Shown: positions 60,414-64,000 of the stretch, one piece after another
Layout of the letters: the number at the start of each line of letters is the position of its first letter
How positions within the stretch are numbered: position 1 is the stretch's first letter
DNA from: Pseudomonadota bacterium
Lineage (GTDB): Bacteria; Bdellovibrionota_C; UBA2361; OMII01
Direction: 5' to 3'
Assembly (NCBI GenBank): GCA_038134595.1
Contig: JAYPVM010000006.1
Span: 1 to 64,000, forward strand
Length of the DNA stretch: 64,000 nucleotides
Position numbers and translations under genes: made by a program
Notes under the pieces: model-generated
Seen by the model: the letters and a program-made list of their open reading frames with translations, nothing else
Database searches by the model: none
Told to the model about the DNA's origin: nothing

Positions 60414-61718
60414 TCACGGAGCTCTAAAATCCTCTCCCTGCCCCAGAGTGCCGACGTCGATATAGCCAGTTCGGCCCTTTCGTGAGCGAATTCGCGCCCA
60501 CCTTCCGTACTTCCCCTCAACTAAGATTTTATCACCAACAAGGAGCTGCCCTAAGACATCTGATGTATCACTCGGCCGTCGGTACACTCTTGTGGCATCC
60601 ACCACAACCATGGAACGGGCTCCAAATGGAGCTGGCCACTGCTGCCCCCCGCTATCATCAGTACTTTGTGGTAATTGAGCTTTTATCATCGTCTTCGAAC
60701 GTTCTCGCTCTACACCGCTACGAAACTCTGAACCTTCAATTGGCCCAGTCGTATTCACCAATTCTTTACCCACAGTCGCAGTCGGGCGTAACGCACTAAC
60801 AATGGGTTGAGGCTTAATTTCAGACTTCGGCTCATTTCGAGATTCCTGTAAAACCGAGCCACCCTGATTGGCATCAACATCTGTTTGTGTCTCTTTATCT
60901 GCACTATCAATGCCGTATTTTACTGCATCAAGGTCACTTATGCCTATGCGCTTAGAAATATCAGGAGGCTCTAACGTCGGTGGAGGCAAATGGCTACTGT
61001 CTTTTTTATCGCTTAAAACAACCAAAGCGCTTCGATTGTCATTTCGAAAAAATCTCGAGACACTCCTCACTGAACCAAACATTACCGATAGAACTGCGAC
61101 ACCCAAGGAAGCCACTACGATGATTCGACTTCGAGTAAGCATCGGCTGACTCGAGGATGAAACGCGATTTTCATCCTGTCTTTTCGAAACATCTGGCAAG
61201 GCCTGTCCAACAGCCGTATCTGTTATACGGCGACCTCCTGCATTCGACAAATCAAATATAATGAGAATCTCATCAAGATCTTGCAAACATAGCTCATCCT
61301 GATTCGATTGCGCCCGTTCTGATATCAGAGATGAGAGCTCAAGTAATGAATGACGCATGCTCTCCATTTCTCCCTGCTGCTGAATCCGTTGGCACAACGA
61401 TCCAAATGAAGAGACGAGTAGCGAAACAGGCATGGAGCTCATCTCCACCTGTCCTCGAAGCCACCAAACTCGGGCTATCGGAAGATCAGTTGCGGCTATA
61501 ACCTTCTCGGCATACTCAATTAACTCTTGCCACTGGCTTTGTTCGGCATACATAGCGAAGTCGTAATCACTTAGATTCTGCGTAACGCCATTCATCTCGC
61601 TTGCCAGTGTTGCCGATGTAGAGACCTCCTCTGATGAGACTGAATATTGCACAGGGGCAAGCAAACCCTCAATTCCGAGGTCAAGTCGACTACTATCTGT
61701 GGCGCTTTTCTTCGACAT
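60414..61718 (-). CDS. single-pass membrane protein with C-terminal SH3b domain
   Basis: Central TM (IIVVASLGVAVLSVMFG), low-complexity linker, SH3b-like VYRRPS..SDVLGQL..W..G.TGYI. Confidence 0.75.
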   Translation of the reverse strand: MSKKSATDSSRLDLGIEGLLAPVQYSVSSEEVSTSATLASEMNGVTQNLSDYDFAMYAEQSQWQELIEYAEKVIAATDLPIARVWWLRGQVEMSSMPVSLLVSSFGSLCQRIQQQGEMESMRHSLLELSSLISERAQSNQDELCLQDLDEILIIFDLSNAGGRRITDTAVGQALPDVSKRQDENRVSSSSQPMLTRSRIIVVASLGVAVLSVMFGSVRSVSRFFRNDNRSALVVLSDKKDSSHLPPPTLEPPDISKRIGISDLDAVKYGIDSADKETQTDVDANQGGSVLQESRNEPKSEIKPQPIVSALRPTATVGKELVNTTGPIEGSEFRSGVERERSKTMIKAQLPQSTDDSGGQQWPAPFGARSMVVVDATRVYRRPSDTSDVLGQLLVGDKILVEGKYGRWARIRSRKGRTGYIDVGTLGQGEDFRAP

Positions 61719-62798
61719 ATTCGTATAGCAATCAAAGGTAAATTTGCTCGAGCACGACCTATGGAGAATGTATCAAAGGCTTTCTATACTACGAGCACTT
61801 CCTACCGCTATGATACAAGTTCTTCCGGCGCTACTAAACAAGCTTGGTCTTTTATGAGCGACTTGTTCCTAGAGAATACGGCAAAAAATAGCTTGCCCGC
61901 CTGCAATAAACCTCAGATATCTCAGTCAATGAGATGTATATCTACAAGGTTCTCTAGCGAAGAATGCCCTTATTTAAAAGGCGTATCTAATTAGATACAC
62001 TGATAATAATGACCTGCAAACAACAAAATAACGACTCAATATTCATAGACACCTAATCACTATTATAACGTACAGGGAAAGCCAACTAAGGCAAAAAACA
62101 CAAAACTAACGCCTACCAAAGGCTCTGCCGCCCCTCCCAAGAAAATACGGTATGAAACAAGCAGTATACCCATGTAAAACCACACTCAAAACAGTCTCTA
62201 TTGAAAAGTGCTGCAAACAAAACCGACTTAAATAGAGAGAACAACTCTTATAATCAGCACTTTACAGACATATCAGCCCAGCAAAATAGAGCTAGTATCT
62301 CGACCCCAATCACAAAACAAGTCAACATCACCTTCTAACTTGATAATATTGGCTGGTGAATTTCCTACATTTCATACCACGCGGTAAAAAAATACTTTAC
62401 GATCTAAGAATTAGATACGACTGTATTTGTAGGATAGAAATAATCTAGCCTGGGCAGATATGTCCCAGAACATTAGATAGAGGCGAACCGCTCAAGCTCT
62501 CTGTCCCGTGCCTGCGAAAAGCAATGTTAGTTGATAACTAACCACGCAACGCGCTTTATGGTAACAAAAGCTAGATATTCTAACTTTAGTTGTTATTAGA
62601 ATTGCACCACGAAACAGTGAGGATCAAGAATTTTTAGCACCCCAAAAGATAATACAAATACAGATGAAAAGTATCGACAAAATCACACAAAAAAATACTC
62701 AGTCCCGAATGTCACCTTCGACGCGAACCATACCTAAAGTTCACCTCACGGCACAGACATCTTCAGACACTTCCCGAAGCGCCACACGGCTCACTCAA

Positions 62799-63410
62799 GT
62801 GCCATCAGTTCTTCGCAATTACCTGCTAAGTATGCTTTTGTTCTCTTTTTGCGGATGCTTCTCTACTCATCTTCCAGAGACCCCCGCACCTTCTCACTTG
62901 CAAAGATTACTAAGACTATCTGAGCAAGACATTCCAACTACAATCGACTACGCATCACCGGCAAAGCCTGTGGGATATCAGTACCTACTTATTATGCCCT
63001 TATCTCGAGTATTTGCGCCTCATATAAAGGAGACACTAACGCAACGATTAGCTCTCCATGCAGGAATTAACAAATACCAACTCGCCTTCGACAACCAAAG
63101 TACGCGCGCAGATACGAGAATCGAAATCTCAATAAAAGAAATTCGCATTAACGGATTCGACCTTTTATTCGTTCGAAAACCAACAACACATCTTATCATC
63201 CAAGCCACCCTTTATCGGTTCGGGAAGTCCTCTCGCGAGTGCACCACTCGACAAGATGTCTCGAATTTCAAGGCATTCGCTTTCTCCAACGAGCTCCAAG
63301 CCGTGCTCGAAACTGCTGTCGATAGAGCCGCACAGGATATTATCACCTGCCTAGGACTCTCAGATCCCGCATCGCCTCTACCAACGTATACTGAAAATGA
63401 AATGTATTAA
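62799..63410 (+). CDS. putative lipoprotein
   Basis: Starting at GTG 62799 gives a signal peptide MPSVLRNYLLSMLLFSFCG-C; the ORF is open from 62664, so the start is uncertain. Confidence 0.6.
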   Translation: MPSVLRNYLLSMLLFSFCGCFSTHLPETPAPSHLQRLLRLSEQDIPTTIDYASPAKPVGYQYLLIMPLSRVFAPHIKETLTQRLALHAGINKYQLAFDNQSTRADTRIEISIKEIRINGFDLLFVRKPTTHLIIQATLYRFGKSSRECTTRQDVSNFKAFAFSNELQAVLETAVDRAAQDIITCLGLSDPASPLPTYTENEMY

Positions 63411-63990
63411 TTCACCTCAAATTATCTTTGCAACCCTCGTTTCGGAGGCACTCCTACTAGGCCTCGGCTTTTGCGTAGTTCCATTTGTAGCTTCGATAGG
63501 AAAATGGAACATTACACTCTACGCAATAGCGATGGGTATCCTGCTCACACTTCCTCCTTTACTGGCCAATATACTTTTGTGGCGATACAGCCACTCGCAT
63601 ACCTCATCGATATTTTATCGTTTCTCGGTAGAAGTCATTGTCCCACTCTGTCAATCGATGAACATCATAACCGCTCTCATTGTGGCCGTTCTATCGGGGA
63701 TATGTGAAGAGTTCTTCTTTCGAGGGGCGCTTAACAATCTAATCCAAATCCACACGAATCAAGCACTATCATGCATCACAACAAGCATCATTTTCGCCGT
63801 CATCCATTTTATCGGAAACATCAAACGATATGGCGCTATGATACCATTATATGTTGCAATGGGTGGCTACCTTTGGCTAATTCATCATCTGACGGAGTCA
63901 CTCGCCTGTGTAGCAGTTACACACGGCGCATACAACTTCACTGTCATTATGCTCACAAAGAGACATTCTGAGAAAATGGCTCCACTATAA
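63397..63990 (+). CDS. CPBP family (type II CAAX/Abi) intramembrane glutamic endopeptidase
   Basis: EEFFFRG, FAVIH and HGAYN motifs in TM helices. Confidence 0.9.
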   Translation: MKCINSPQIIFATLVSEALLLGLGFCVVPFVASIGKWNITLYAIAMGILLTLPPLLANILLWRYSHSHTSSIFYRFSVEVIVPLCQSMNIITALIVAVLSGICEEFFFRGALNNLIQIHTNQALSCITTSIIFAVIHFIGNIKRYGAMIPLYVAMGGYLWLIHHLTESLACVAVTHGAYNFTVIMLTKRHSEKMAPL

Positions 63991-64000
63991 TTGTTTCGTA

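Overview
This is a chromosomal housekeeping region of a Gram-negative, LPS-producing bacterium, densely coding with most genes on the minus strand. The gene orders (lpxB-msbA..DUF374-waaA-lpxK, rimP-nusA-ylxR-infB-rbfA-DHH-truB, yajC-secD-secF, lolA-rimO) resemble delta-type lineages such as Desulfobacterota, Myxococcota or Bdellovibrionota; that placement is inference. The window holds pgk (cut at the edge), uvrC, a lipid A/Kdo cluster interrupted by an addB-addA pair, asd/truA, ihfB, tRNA-Arg(CCU), pcm and a LysM/M23 gene, secDF-yajC, purA, the nusA-infB operon, zwf/tal, rimO/lolA, etfAB, dusB, a hybrid kinase and a cold-shock gene. I found no CRISPR array, integrase, transposase, prophage or rRNA. 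Best leads: (1) a Ski2/HelY-like helicase apparently split into two genes at the RecA1/RecA2 linker, the second with its own Shine-Dalgarno; (2) a sensor-less HisKA_2 pseudo-kinase that keeps its His but has lost the ATP-binding boxes, a possible ChpT-like phosphotransferase; (3) a Trp-Trp mini-ORF upstream of pcm; (4) addAB inside the lipid A cluster, with an AddB lacking the Fe-S cysteines; (5) several structured intergenic elements. All family calls come from motif recognition by eye; no database searches were run.
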